From Balanoglossus misakiensis (taxonomy: Eukaryota > Animalia > Hemichordata), in the NCBI GenBank assembly GCA_040954595.2, contig CM082591.2, forward strand, positions 607,782 through 671,781: DNA of 64,000 nt, given 5' to 3'. Of the stretch, positions 25,256 through 39,968 are shown piece after piece (the first letter of the stretch is position 1; every line of letters starts with the position of its first letter). A model generated the notes under the pieces. It had not been told where the DNA came from and searched no databases. It was given only the letters and a program-made list of their open reading frames with translations. The position numbers and the translations under genes are program-made.

Positions 25256-28200
25256 TATTGGTACCACTAAAATGTTAAGTAAAGGTCGGACCGTCTTTAT
25301 ATCTTATCAAATAACATAATCACAGTGACATGTTTAAGTCTCGAGTATATTTTAAATAGTCTCATAAATGTTCGTGCCATATTGTATTACACAACCAAAT
25401 TACCTCGTATTTACCAGTATTTGAAGTTAAACGTGGTTAAGCAAGGTATTTTCGAGTGTTCAGCTGATTCTCAATGATATACAGTGGTAATCAATGATCT
25501 CCTGTAGGAAGAGATATGTCTGTAATGACCAGTATATGGAACACTGATGAGGGTTCTAATACATTAGCTCAGTGGTGTAATTTGGTGAAAGTAAGATAAA
25601 ATCTGAAGACGCGGAAAGATGTTGAACAGCTACTGGGCATTCAATTACTGCCATAGCTTAAAATGTACATAGTTGAACGCTCAAAGTTGCTAATGATACG
25701 GGTCTTTGGATGTTGCCTAATCTGGTCTATTGACCGGCGGTTGTTCGCTACTCTTTTCGTTTTAACGATGCATATTGTGATGAAACTGTAGTCGTTATAG
25801 CTGTGCCATTACATCGATGTATTGAGTACATATTGCCTGTCGCGTCCCTAAGGTCATAGCCCCGAGGCTAACTCAATGGTTAACTCAATGTGGCAAGGGG
25901 TAAAACAGATGTTCGTGGCCAACATATATCAATTCTGACCACAGTCCCTCCCGATACATCAGTTACGTCACATTATGAGGACGGAATGTGTTATCAAATA
26001 ATTATCTTCTGTTTACATATATTTTCGGAACTCCATAGGATTTCCAATTATTTTCAATTAATAACACATCATTCCCCAAAATATATCGGATATTTATACA
26101 TGTATTAAAAATTCAAATTTACATGTTTGTGTTTCCCCTTTGTAGTTTGTGCGTTTAGTTGCATAAAATAAAACAATATATTTCAGTCAAATATAAAATC
26201 TATGGGAAGTTTAATGAACCGAAGTTTTCCATGCCGTTGCGTCAGGTTTTTTGCGTTTTTCTGCTGCCCTGGGCCGTCATCTTTGTACTGTAAATATACG
26301 GCGTGAAGCCGGTTTTCCCATCATCCAGACTGAAAGCTTTGCCAACTTGGTCATTTGCAAGTGTTTGGGATAGCTTGTGTGGTTCATAAAAGCATTCCAA
26401 AGTAAATGCAGTTCTTAATGCACATGTTTATCAGGGCCCTTCAACCAAGAACTCAGATGCATTCCCTCGTGTGATATCGTTTCATCTCCAGATCCGTAGC
26501 ACTTTATATATTACATTAAATGCCATCTGAAAACATCAGATAATTCCCGGTATGACATTTCCAATATTAATGTTTAATATATCCTGAGGCATCCAAAGTG
26601 GGTGAAATCTTTCATTTTCTTGATCTTCGTCTCGAGTAACTGAGCTGACAAACATTATGTGTGACAGATGGCTTCTGAGTGAAAACCGTGCAGAGCTGAT
26701 TAGGCCTATGTGATTCAAGGCAACCTTATAGTTTAGTGTGTCGCAAAAAGTTGATTTCTAATAAAATTGATCGACGCAAATGACGACTGACATGGCAGAA
26801 AGGCCAAACAGTTGGCATGGTAACCGACGAAAAGACACGCGCGCAGACAAATTCGTATAAATTAGGACACGACAATATTTCAGGATTGTAACGACGACGG
26901 CTTACAAGACTTATGACAGTCTTCTGTTGGTGTGAGGAAGTATGTAGACGAGTAGAGCATGATCTTTAAGCTGACATCAGCGGGTCTTGCTGCTTTATAC
27001 AGTCTGTTTCAGACCCAAAGGATGCAAATCACATCATGACAGCCAAGTGAGGCGATATCGTAGAGAAATTGATTGACGCTGATTGTATCGTATCTCAAAT
27101 GTTCTAGGATAGCATTACCGGTATCGCGTTAAGCCATTACGGCAAATTATGGCTGTTTCGACCTTTCTTCGATCGCTTGAAACGCGCGTGACTATTACTC
27201 CTTGCGATATCAGAGCCGACATTGTACATTATTGACATTATGCTGCTATAATTCAGAATTGGTATGCAATAGTAATGACAAGGAAATCTAGAAACTTTCA
27301 TAACAAGAATTCCGAAAGTCTGGCGTGAGTTCGCGATCCCATCAGCCGCCATTTTGATTTCATCTATTATGGGATATATCCAGCCTGTTCATTCTGACGG
27401 GCATTTCAGCGCACGGTTTCTTCCCATATGGCCACTAAAAGTAATAAAAGTAAAATTGAAGTATACAAACATGCAGCAAAGGCTAATAATTGTTACCTCA
27501 CTCTATACCTCAAAGACAACTCAATTTACTGAATGTAAAATATCGCGATGTAGCGCAATTGATGTTGCCACTAACAACTATTTCACGATGTAAATGATTG
27601 CCAAGAACAGTAAGACCATAAGGCGGCTGTCGAATGAAAAAAATATTTTAAGATTAATTTACAAGAATAATCGTTTGGTGTAATCAGACCACGTATGCTC
27701 ATGTTGCCTCTATCGCCGCAATAGAATTAACAGATGGATATCACATGACAATCTCTCCCCTTTCCCTTTAAATAATATAACTAATATTAAATTCCTACCA
27801 TATACAAATCATATCCATTTATTAAACCCGTGTCAGGCAAAAGTTTCAAATCTCTAAATCACTTCATATGAATTGCACATTACAATTTGTCATGATATAT
27901 ATGTTTTATATTCTTTATTAAAAATATGCAAACATGTAAGAAAGCATAAAAATACCACTACACTTCGGTTTTTTTCGCGAGTTTTAATTAACGACAACAC
28001 ATTGAACGTTTTATGCATTCAGGAAGTAAATAACATTTCGTTCACACAACATTTTTATAAGAAAAAGGAAAGCTGTAATTAAATACCCTTTCAACTGTGA
28101 AATTGATTTAATCATACAGGACAAGGTCAGACCAACCTATAGGGAAGGAAATTGTCTCCACGCCACCCTATACCCCATGCGTGTCAAGAAAACGGTTGCG

Positions 28201-31200
28201 AAAATTGTAGCATTGGAGTGATTGAATGAAAATGGTCAATGTTGATTTTGGTATATAATGGTGTTAGTTCTCTCAAGGTTTTAACAGAATCGAAATAATT
28301 GAATAAGCACTGCAGTGCCGATGATGACCCACTGTGTTCAATCATGACCATTCATCGATCAAGGGCGAATGTTGTTACTGGTGCGCATGCACTTTTAGAC
28401 CAACTAGACTGCAACCTGCCAGTGGTTTATATGGTTGTATATGACGTACATTGCAAGCGGAACAAGTAAATGATTAGAGAGACTATATTCCCATCACGCT
28501 ATTGAATTTTGTCTTCACTGCAGGAGCCCTACAGTGTTTACGGATATTAAATCTTAATACGATTATCTAACTAAATTCCTAGCTGTGAATGTACATCATT
28601 TGCCACCCCTGCAGCGACTTTGCTATAATTCAGAGCAATAAATCGAGTCTATCAATCCTTCATTACCACCAATCAGAGGAAGTGTATAAGTACCGAACAG
28701 GTATATACTTTAGAACGACCAGAATATGTCATGTGTGTGAGGTTTCTCTCGTTAGAATTTAAACCGGATCTGAAAGAATACCACTTTCATTTTTGAAAAA
28801 CCCCAGGGGAAAAACCCACTGCCTCTGATTGTCTGGATAGTGCCTAAAGAGTTTGGGATTTTAATAATCTAAAACGTAGTACATGTAGGTTATTTGCAGA
28901 GGTAAGACACCTAATAGCTCATTTTGTATCCCTTTGGACTTATAAACAATCCCTCCGACCGGCTTATACGTTTTAATCTTAATATCTGCTGCAGGCTTTC
29001 GTGCGATTTTATTTCATGATCTTTAAGTTTTCTTTTTCAAATCTGTTTGGTTTCTGGTTACACTACCTGGACCTCTTACAAGCGTACCCGGTTATTAAAG
29101 GACCTATGATAATAACAAAAACAGGCACCCGGAGATTACAGGAGAACGTTCAGTCAAACAGAACAATTTTGTTGAACGGTAGCACATAGTTTCCCGTCCG
29201 AATCTCAACAATTACGACGACCTTGTTGATCAAAGTGTAACAAGTGCAATAATAGCTGTAATAAGCCGACGTGAGGGCGCCACCTTACGGGTCTTAGCCC
29301 AATCTGTCTTAGGCTGATTCCAATCTTACCCCACTCAGCACAGTTTAGATTTAAGGTCTCAGTCAAAATGACTCAGTCAAAGTCCATGTCTTGACAAGAA
29401 TGTAATTTCCGGGCAAAGCACATGACGGTAATCTTCGCCGTCATTAACGTCATTGCAGCAGAAAAATGTGTCAGTAGTTGTCATTAAGAATGTAAAACAA
29501 GATACCAAGACTGACTTGTCATGAGTTTTCTTTGCGAGTGATACTAAGCTGATAGGAGATAACCTTTTCTACGTAGTTGCTTCTCCGATATGGTGACAGT
29601 GTGGTACAACCCGTGATATTGATGTTAAAGCGCCACATGTAGCTCAGACAGATTTTGCCTTTGTTTGTGATTGTCCTCAGCTAGTATCACGTAATGGTTG
29701 TATTGAGGGCGCCCTCAGATTTGTAAACTGGTGTGACACTTGCACAGAAAAAAATGTTCGAATGCCATTAAAACATCGATATGCGCGAAAATTGTGTTAA
29801 ACGGCCCAAAAGGTATAATTTTGGTTAAACTCTGGACATAGTCTAGTTTTATAAAAAGGAATATGTGAAAAAGTGCTATGTATACCTTTATAGGGTTTTA
29901 TTGTATTCCGATATTATTGATCGGGAGAGTAGTATTGTCATGACAATCAACTGATGGTCCATGACTAGACAGTATATTAAAAAATGACAATATTGCTTTA
30001 TCTTTGAAAAGGAGAGATAATTAAATTGGCTGTTATGAGATGTAAGCCTAGGTTTCCACTTAATTGTGCTTTTTCAAATGGTTTCAGTCACATGGAACTG
30101 TCTGTTCATTAATATCACATCGTGCAATCTAATCTAACCGAAATACTAATTATCTATTTAGTATACCACGACCTGCCCAGTCGCTTTGACAAAAGTAGCT
30201 CGAATATTCTTCTACGCAAAAAATCCATACCCAGATGTCGCTGTCATTTAATGCCAATATTTATTATACCATAAGAGTATAAACCTTGCCAGTTGTCGAT
30301 ACGATTATTTACAGGCAGGGGTTAAGCCCTTGGAAGTTCTTCGATCTGTGCTACGAGTGGAATAATTAGGGTCGGTTGTCAATTTAAAAAGATGGCCAGA
30401 TCTATCGAAAACAGAAGAAATGTCACTGAAACGTCAGATTCCAACGCGGCAGTATGACCTGTGACAACTCTTTCCAACCATGTTAACAGCTCAATATTTC
30501 CTCCATGTGTTTTCAAGGCTGCCCACTACAAGTGTCACGATCTCGCACAAAACACACAATAGAGCGAGCGCGACCAGATATTTGAATTATTGTGCAGAAG
30601 GCGCCACATTGAATGCTGAGCATAAGCCTATTCACATGCAAATAGTTTTCAGGTCACCATGTGGTGACATATTCAAAGCTTATCTCATTATGAATGGCAA
30701 CAGACACTGCTTTTCAAGGTGTCAAATTATAAACAGAAATTGATGTTAATCGTGACGATATAAGGACAAATAATAGTGAAAGAGCTGGTGAAATGTATAA
30801 CAGTTTACCAATGAACCGTACTTTTAGACGGCATTTAACCAGCGGCCGCGCATGCCGCAGTAAAAATGGCGAACGAACGGGGATGGGAAATCTCAATAAA
30901 TGTCCTGTCCATCACAGTTCCCCCCTCAGGCAACATTGACATTCTTGATCAGTGATTAAGACCTGCACTATAGGCTTGGCGGGAAGTTGACTGGAAGCTT
31001 GGCATGGACTCGACACTTGTGGCAATTCTCGTCCCATGGAGTTTAGAGTAGACGTGAACTGTCAACAAAATGTCGTCTGCAAATTTGATTAGTATTTGAC
31101 CGGCGGCGAAATGGCAGGAAACTGACAGACCATTACGTACAAAAATTAAACTATGTTATTGATGTCTATTTCTATATAGATCATTTCGATTAGTGTTTCA

Positions 31201-33380
31201 ACTCTCGCTAATTACACGATGGAAATCAATTGTATAGCTCTGTAACATCAACGGAGCGGATGTTTTAAATCTTACAACCTTAACTTTCCGTCACATAAAA
31301 GGAAAGAGCGGAAATTTATGGCACATTCGAAGCCGCAGGGGACTAAGTTGTTTGAAAGTTAAATCTGAAGTTATTCCGTACTCGGTCATTTCTCATTCGC
31401 TAATATTCCCACACGTGGCATAAATAACTTTGGAAGATTTGTAGATTGGAACGTTTCATATACTATATTCAGTCAGTCAGTCTGTCAGGCAGACTGAAAC
31501 GGGCAGGAATCGATTCCTTGAGGACCTGTTGATTTGATAGACCATGAAGGGACGCGAGCAGCACTGGCCAATAATTATGAAGTCTTTGCCACAAGAAAGC
31601 TATTTGTCAGAGGACTCGTTTCTCCTTGATTCGGAGTGCCATGAACGCGATTAATCTTGTCAAGTGTCAAGTGACTTTTATGATATATTCGTCGATGATT
31701 TACTATTAACCTGTATTTCAGTACGACTGAATTTCATTTCGATAGTATTCAGCAAAAAACAGTAACAACGGCCTACAATCAGGTCTGTAAACCGACCTGT
31801 TCAACCAAAAATTCATGGACATTTCTGGAAATATTGAGCAATTTAAAATATTGTCACATTACATATATACAAGCCTTATATTCATCACTGTACATCGTTA
31901 CCATGACGACATGGACACGCCTGCGCACAAGAGAGACGGTGTACGTGATTCCTACATACACCATTGTGACCCACACACTACTAATTTCCGGCACTTTTGA
32001 ATAAAAGCGATAGTTTTAGCGCCTGGGCTTACAAAACCCCGTGACGGTAGGAAATCCTCTGTCGTTAATTTAAGCGGACGTCAACCTTTGTATGAATTCG
32101 AACAGAGCTGGTGCAGAGTTAAACTGTTTTCTGTCACGTGTCACATGAGAATGTCCTCCCATAAAAGCTGACCAGCCATGTGAAATCTCGCAAGGTCTCG
32201 TCCAGCTCAGAAAATGGTCTATTCTGGCACTCTCTCCGATGCGGTTCGCAACATTGTAGGCAAGCCATGAACAAGCAAGTAGACATGCGCGGGAAAGAAT
32301 GTTCAGTCCGGTCAGCAGTAAGAGTGATTTACTGAGCAGCAGTAATAGGACTGGCCTTTAAAATTATGGGATGTCACTGCAAGGCGAATAGAAATCCTAG
32401 TTTTCAATGCATTTAATCCACGACCACTCATCTTTCTCAATAATTGATTTTCTCTCAGGGTAATTACAATAGCCTGTGGCAACAAGAGGTTCAGGGGTAG
32501 ACATTGTTAACAGGGTCGGCAGAGGGCATTATCTTGCCAATAACTCGAGAGTCCAATGGGCCCCTTTCTGATAATACCGTTGCTGAATACTTGCACCTGA
32601 TGTCGTGTGTTTGATGTAACAGGCTATTTAGCTCCTGTCTTTTAACCAGCTAGCCACGTAACATCAAACTTGACGTAAACTCATAAAAGTGTCCATCATA
32701 TGTTTCTGATATTCATAAAATTTGTTGGTATTTTTGCTGGTTTGTATTTCGTTTTGTATAAACCATGGCCACACGTTGCACCATCTGTACACAGGGATCT
32801 CTCGTTTTAACAAGATAAAGTCTCGCTTATTCTATAACAAACCTTCGTCCACATATGACACCAGATTAAACTGATGTCAAACCCTTTTAATAACAAAACA
32901 TTCACAATACTACAGCTTTCAATCCACTTTAAGTAATGAGAGCTTTTTCTTTATCACAAGTATAAAAACAGCGGTGACAGGTCGGAAGTGTTGAAACATT
33001 AATTGTCGACATAAATGTTCAAACTTACCCGGCTTTACCTGACGTGTTCAATACATGGTTTCCTGCTTGTGAAACAATTTAATTTGTCGTAAAAAAACTT
33101 GTTGTTTTGCACTGGTTTAATTACAATTCCAATCCCATGAGAACAAGTTCTCTACATGGCAACACACCTCGCTTGTGTGTCGTCGACACGCGGTCCAATC
33201 ACGTCGCGCGTGTGTAGTCACGTGGCAAAGGTGAGGACTCAATTTAACAAAATCTTGCGCGCGTTCCTGACGATAGCGACAGTGGCAGTTTCCCGCGCTC
33301 ACACACGAAAGGAATAGCTACGCCTGTGTCTGAACCAAAACTCTGCGGACGACTATAAGTGTAGGCAGAAGGCACAAACC

Positions 33381-34562
33381 ATGGGCGAGACTGGAGACGA
33401 ATGGAACATCAGCTGGTACAGCGATTCCAGTGGCAATGACTCTGACTATAGAAATCCTCCATTCCGGCCACAAGACGGCTTGGTCGCTGCCGTTCTCTTC
33501 ATCATAATGATCGTGACGGTGGCCGGCAATGTGTTGACTCTGACGTCATTTCTGGTGGACGACAAACTGAGAATGAATATCAGCAACTGGTATCTTGTGA
33601 ACTTGTCGTGCGCTGATCTTCTGGTCGGTTGCATCTCCTTACCATTCAACCTGATCTCGTACATTAGACCCTACGACTGGGCACTCAGCGAAGGTGTTTG
33701 CAAGTTCTACCTCACAGTCGATTTGATCGCTACCTGGGAGTCGATAGCGGCAATCATATTGATCAGCCTAGACCGGTACTGGCTTCTCACTAGAGAATTG
33801 CAGTACAAGATGAAACAGAACCAGAAACAGACGGCGAGTCTGTGCGGACTGACTTGGCTCCTGATTGGAGTGGCCGCGCTCTTTCTCATCTGGGGTTTCC
33901 CTGAATGGACCCCGAATGAATTCATCGAATATGAGCATTATTGTGACTTTGAATTTCTGTACCACATGTCAACCGGCGTGGCGTATTCAGTGATATCGTT
34001 CTTCATTCCCATGGGCGCCCTGGTGTTTCTGAACACCCGAGTGTTCCTTAACGTCCGCAAGAGGAGCCAGAAAACATCGCCGTCCAACTGGGAGCTCACC
34101 ATGACGGCAGCGTCGTCAGTGGCGCAGACGGCCGGGGATATATCACCGATCCCCGGGCATACTCGCAAAGCACAGCCAGCAGCCAAAGCTAACGCTCCCC
34201 CGATGAATACGGTGAACGATATGGCGCATGGGTCCAACAGCAATATTAATTCTCGTGAACAGACGACAAATAATCGAGCCAACGGACGATCCAATTCATC
34301 TGGGCAGGAGAAAAAATACATAAAAACAGCAAAAGTTCTTTTAATTATTGTCGGGGCATATGTGGTTTGTTGGGCGCCCTATAACATGGCTCTGTTAATC
34401 ACTCATTTCTGTGAAGATTCGTGTATACCTGATATTGTGTGGACGATATCGCTGCGACTGTTGTGGTTCAACTCGGCTCTCAATCCTTTCCTGTACGCCT
34501 GGGGCAACACACGCATCCGACAAAACTTCAAGAAATTACTCCTATGCCGAACATGCAAATGA
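33381..34562 (+). CDS. Intronless class A aminergic GPCR, histamine H3/H4-receptor-like paralog (393 aa)
   Basis: GNVL, LSCADLLVG, TVD (D3.32), DRY, CDFEFLY, FFIP, CWAPYN, WFNSALNPFLY and RQNFKKLLLC. Clearly paralogous to the gene at 24044. Confidence 0.92.
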   Translation: MGETGDEWNISWYSDSSGNDSDYRNPPFRPQDGLVAAVLFIIMIVTVAGNVLTLTSFLVDDKLRMNISNWYLVNLSCADLLVGCISLPFNLISYIRPYDWALSEGVCKFYLTVDLIATWESIAAIILISLDRYWLLTRELQYKMKQNQKQTASLCGLTWLLIGVAALFLIWGFPEWTPNEFIEYEHYCDFEFLYHMSTGVAYSVISFFIPMGALVFLNTRVFLNVRKRSQKTSPSNWELTMTAASSVAQTAGDISPIPGHTRKAQPAAKANAPPMNTVNDMAHGSNSNINSREQTTNNRANGRSNSSGQEKKYIKTAKVLLIIVGAYVVCWAPYNMALLITHFCEDSCIPDIVWTISLRLLWFNSALNPFLYAWGNTRIRQNFKKLLLCRTCK

Positions 34563-37332
34563 GTGTGCACCCGAACAAGTTTTCGCGCCTAAAAACTCAC
34601 ATTTGCAGGAATGTGTACTTTTAACATATTCATTGATCTGCAGTTCAGTGAAAACAATCTCGATAATTCCGCGCCATCTGTTTGACAGTTGATTGGTCCG
34701 AGTCGAAGTTATGCTTCGATTGTGAAGAACAAAGAGCGGATTGTTTACAATCGATGTAATTTGCATAACGCTGATCAGTCAGCCGACCAACCAAGCAAAT
34801 CATATTGGTTGATCGTATACCAACTCTAAGAGTGGTCAGTACATTTGTCTCTTCTTGGTTTTCCAAGAATTCAGTTAAACCAGTTATCACAATGATAGAT
34901 ACATACAAAATATAGTTGACTGCTGTCGACCGTAGTCTGTACCTCAGCTCAGATAGTCCTAGGCTAATTACTGTTGAAAAGCAGTAGACTAATATCACTA
35001 AATATGATTGCATTCAGTGGATAAATTAAATACACACGTCATTCATTTTATTGTATAAATGTTATAATGCAATTGCTGATGGTAATAACAGGTTGTGTGG
35101 CTGGGTGAACGATTGGGATTAATTGCGTAATGGTGAACTGTGTGGCCTGTTGCCTGCACTCGCGTTTAAAAGGAGACTCCCTGCATTGTCGCTGATCAAA
35201 GTGTAGACGTCTATCACACGTAATGTTTGACATCAACGACACAGGTTTTTTGTTCGCCAATTTCTGAAGAAAGAGAGTGAATACAGCGTAAATAATGTCG
35301 TGCCTTGTTCATTGTAAATCCTTTCAAAGCATCCATACTTAAATCTAAAGCACACACAAATTGCTCATTTTACGGCTAATATAATGTAACAAGTGAACAA
35401 GTGGACTTATTGGTCTTTTGTGTCCAGCTATCGCAAATAGATTACTATTCAAGCCAACAATTTAAAACTCCTACATTTCAAGGTCGAAGCACATTTCACA
35501 TTCTGCTGACTGAAACGCAATGTGAAAGTTTTGGTTCTTATTCTAAAAGCATCCTACGTGAAAAGAAGTAACATAAAAAAACACCGGATGTTTTCTGCAA
35601 CGACATAACGTTTGGATTAAATGATATATAAAATTAGCCTTTTCAGTCACTTCACTTTAGCCCCCTTAACGTCAGCACAGGGTAAGAATTTTTTCTCGAA
35701 TCTACAGAATAACGTGTTTATTTATCAGCAACGATTATTGTAGTGAAGGTGAAATGTTGTGTGTACATTGACGTGTTTGAATACTAATGGTGAAGCCAGT
35801 TGAAAGAAGTATATTGATAAGCTTACTAATATAAAATGATTTTTGACATATGTGCAATTTACATTTGTCGGCAGACACCTTATTGTAAATGTAGTTTTAT
35901 GACTGGGAGACGAGAGATTAACCTACTATTTGTCAAACTTGTCGTGAAAACTGAAAAATTAAACAGTGTGAATTGAATGATACCTGTAGTGTTGGTTCTA
36001 CAGACATGTACTTCGTATTGTTCGTGAGCTGTTTAATCGCCTATGTCGTGTATGGGAATGTAATTTGGACTAGAGTTCTGCACCATCTGTTTGTTCATGC
36101 GAAACAAAATTTGCATAATGCTATGTCAAGCCACGACGGTACAGGCATTTATTTGAGTGATCGTACGTTAACTACTCTCACACTGATATTAAAAAATAAA
36201 CCGACCAGCCGAGTTACTTCATGCGCTTGTTAAAATCAACACAAATTGTACATATATTACAGTTTACATTAAAAATATATTTCCATCTGAAGCTTTGATC
36301 ATCTTATTTTTTCTCAGACACATCTCCCCATGCATGGACGGCCTTGATTTTTTTTCTGAATAATTATTTATTAATTATCCCCAATATGTATGTTTACCCA
36401 CTGACCCGCCCGTCTGCATGTCTGTCCGTCTGTCTGTTTTAATGAAATCCTCTCTGAACTTAAATTTATGGGAGCAGCTAGTTTTCTACTAGGAATGCAT
36501 GATTTGTTCGTCTACCCAGAAAGAGAATCATACTTTATGACAGACATAGTTGCAGACAGACAGGCAGACACTGAGATAGACGGACGGGGTAGAAAGTCAT
36601 ACCAAGAGAATATCGACATGTTTATTATACCAAAAAAACGGAATTAAATGTCAGAATATGAGTGAACCTATCTGAATAGCGGCGCTTTGGGTTTGCTTTC
36701 GACGTTTCACTCAATTTCACCACGCCTCGGAAGGGGAAGTTTGTGAACGATGTTTACTATTTTAACAGCTGCCTCATGCAGAAGGAGGAAGTTAGAACTA
36801 CGCTACTTTTCACTTCATATTCTTCCCCTTTTATCTGAGCATAAATAAATGTATATGTGTATTTGTGTGCCATATAGATTGCTGTGACAGTCCCTGCTAT
36901 TTTTTTTCTTATAGTGTGCAGACATAATTGCGCGGGAAGATATACCAACAGAGAAAAATATCCTCACAATTATCAAAGGTACGTAGTTACATCTTACAAT
37001 ATTTTCTCATACGACTATATTCTGTTCCCGTGTAAAAAAACACGCTTTTTACATACTACTGTAAATTATTAAATTTTCCACGTAAAAGAGAACCAGAGAT
37101 GTGATATTTTTCAGTAACCATGTATCAGGTGTAATTGTACAAAATGCTTTATATCAAGGTCATCTTGAGAAGACAGATGCTAGGCAGTATGTGTCAAGGT
37201 ATATGTCATAAATCAAAGGATTTGTTCTCAAGTCTATAATTTATACATCTTTATCTTTTTCTGGTTGCAGAGATACATCTTAAGAAACGTTTGACATCAT
37301 AGTTGTAATATCGGTGCCTTATTGAAGAAACT

Positions 37333-37354
37333 ATGAACAGTGTTCTACCTGCAG
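37333..37354 (+). CDS. PNT-only gene A (Mae/Edl-like), coding exon 1
   Basis: The exon opens after the acceptor ttttctggttgcag (37270). An in-frame TAA at 37306 precedes ATG 37333. Encodes MNSVLPA+G, then donor GTGCGT; phase 1 joins AT at 38546 to make Asp. Confidence 0.65.
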
Positions 37355-38366
37355 GTGCGTATTCAATTAATGTAATTTACTTAATTGGTTAATTAACACG
37401 GGCTAATTTAAATTAAACCGCAATCAGCCGGAATAGATTTTCTTATTAAACTATGCATGATATAGTTTATTAGAACCAAGTTTGTCATCATATAAAAATA
37501 ATGTAATCGATATTGAATTCAATTCCGCTTTTTTTCTCTTTTCGATGTCAGATTGACTTTAGGGGAATAACCGGGTGGCTTTAACATTAATGACGAATGA
37601 ATTTGTCGGTAGTTAACATCGTCAAATTGAAAATAAATTCATTAAATCATTATAACCTTCACATCATTCATGACGACTATTACCAACAAGGATATTTATA
37701 TTACAGATCACAACGAGAAACTAGCTCTAATTTGAGTTTATTTTTTTTTCTTTAATCTGAGTATCATATTTAAAAGAATTCGTAAACATAGGGACCTGGG
37801 AATTGTATTAAGGTTTAATAGAAGGTTCAAATCTCGTAATTATTTAATGCTCTCTGTGTGAACTAGCGCAAACCCGTCACGACAAAGAGCAAATCTAATT
37901 GATTCATTAATTGCAGTGAAAATCCGCTTTCCCCTTTTATCTGTTGCCAAAATGACAAATGAGTAAATCCAGATGTGGCTGCAAAACGTTTTATTTACAC
38001 AAAGGTGTACGTGGCTATTAAAGTGACATTCATTTGACAGTGTGTAGGTAATGGTGTCGAATAATAGAGCGTTTAAAATGCGTCAATACTAGACGTCATA
38101 ATAATCACTATAGCTAGCAGGGTAATGAGACGCAAAAATAACATTTTGCAGACTTAGCAACATCGTTTTATATTTAGCGAACAGTAAACACTGATATTTG
38201 CACGCGTGCGCGATTTTATGAACTCTCGTCAAAGTAATCATTGCAGCTGTTGTCTGCAAGCAGATTTCGTAGGCACAAGCATGGGCGAAAGTAAAATCGC
38301 TCTACATAATTTGACGTCACTCATACAAGGCAGTTAATCATTACATCATTTTTCGCTGTTAAATCA

Positions 38367-38502
<136 letters not shown>

Positions 38503-38545
38503 GTCTTTCTGCTTATTTCTTTGTCTGTTTGACTTTCCAAAAAAG

Positions 38546-38835
38546 ATCCCAGAGACTGGACTAACGACGACGTAATCACGTGGTTGCAATTAACATGCCG
38601 GAATTATGGGATGGCTCCAGTGGACCTGTCGAAATTTCAAATGAACGGCCGAGGATTGGCCTTTCTGCTTCGTCATCATTTCGTGGCCAGAACGCCCTCT
38701 AAAGCTCAAGGGGAACATCTCTTTAACGACTACAGAAGGCGTCTGATGGCCGTTTTGCTGAGGCGATACAAGAGAAGATGCTTTATACAGCTGCAGCCGA
38801 CGAAAACATCGCCAGAAACCTCATCCGATACATAA
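38546..38835 (+). CDS. PNT-only gene A (Mae/Edl-like SAM-Pointed protein, ~103 aa total), coding exon 2
   Basis: aaag| acceptor. Encodes DPRDWTNDDVITWLQLTCRNYGMAPVDLSKFQMNGRGLAFLLRHHFVARTPSKAQGEHLFNDYRRRLMAVLL..., which has the PNT hallmarks DP..W...V..WL, F.MNG..L and R.P..G..L. Stop TAA follows with no ETS domain. Confidence 0.85.
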
Positions 38836-39942
38836 ACACTCAAGAAAAATATACGTGCCACTTTTGCCCTTGAGACGCAAGTATTTTGGCTGCGACTGAC
38901 ACTCTACGATATCTGGCGAGTACAGAGCAAACGTTTTCCCAATATTTATTCATCTTACTTAAGTATTATTTATTTGTTAAGCATAAGTGTATTATTTTAT
39001 ATTGAACGGCACAATGTTGTTTTATAAAGAAGAATGGATCTGAGGTTCGAAAATCCTTAGAAATGCTGGCCTTTGACACTAATGTGGTATTTGAAAACAA
39101 ATTGTTCTACCGTCTGAGATGAAAACAAAAAACGAAAAAACATACGATGCTTGGCAGAAATATAGCTGAAAAATTATGGAATGTATTTACCAGCCGAACT
39201 TGCACGGCCTTTTGTTGTAACTGAATACAGGAACTATGAATATGAAATCATTTCCAAGTCATAAATGCGAAAGGAGGTGGTGATCAGGTGAAATCTAATA
39301 TAGGCAATAAATTACTCAGACTTCCATCAAAATTTACGTCATACATAATGATTTCGCTGCGACGAAACTTCCTGTTTGCCCTGTTGGGAATGAGTTAATA
39401 TACGTGTACGACTTTGCCAGAGGCAGGTCATTTCCTGTTTACATTTACATAATAATTGATGTTCAGAACAGTAAGAAAAGAAATGAATAAAATTTATCGT
39501 GACCATATTTTATAATCACGCTCTAACGTTTCACGTGAGACGAGACTTCGCTTAATTATCATTATTAAACTCCAAAAGACAGAGAAAAACATATCACAAT
39601 TTTACATGTTATAAGAAAATATACCAAACCAAAGGTTTTCTTGTTGAACTGTCTATAATCCCCATGGTAAATAGGTTGAGTTAGCTCGCTTGGTATTAAC
39701 TTGCTTGAATTTCATATTAGGACAGACAAAATCCCTTATGTTATCTAGATGAAGTTCGTTTCATTTGTGTCTTGTTTGACGTCATCCTGAGTTCGCCTCT
39801 TGTAGTATTTGGGACTTTTTAAGCATTGCACTGAAGTATGTCAGCATCGTTGTCTTGAAACGTCAGCGACAGGGTCACGGTCACTTTTGGCAGCATTTAT
39901 CTCACTATGCAAATGGGCTTTTAACAATTGTTTTGAAAGTCT

Positions 39943-39968
39943 TCAGTCAAAATCAGTTGACACTGCGA
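39943..39968 (-). CDS. PNT-only gene B, putative last coding exon
   Basis: Minus-strand acceptor cctgttcccttattttcccttacag. Phase 1 gives VAVSTDFD* (TGA); total CDS 103+204+26 = 333 nt. Confidence 0.55.

Noticed and set aside
4496-29716. CTCF-like ggcgcc(c/a)c motifs at ~4496, ~10648, ~12119, ~13277, ~29274 and ~29705
   Set aside because: Only partial matches to the CTCF consensus; cannot be supported without PWM scoring or ChIP.
24680-34321. Antisense/overlapping ORFs within the two GPCR genes
   Set aside because: Shadow ORFs of GC-richer coding sequence with no domain features.
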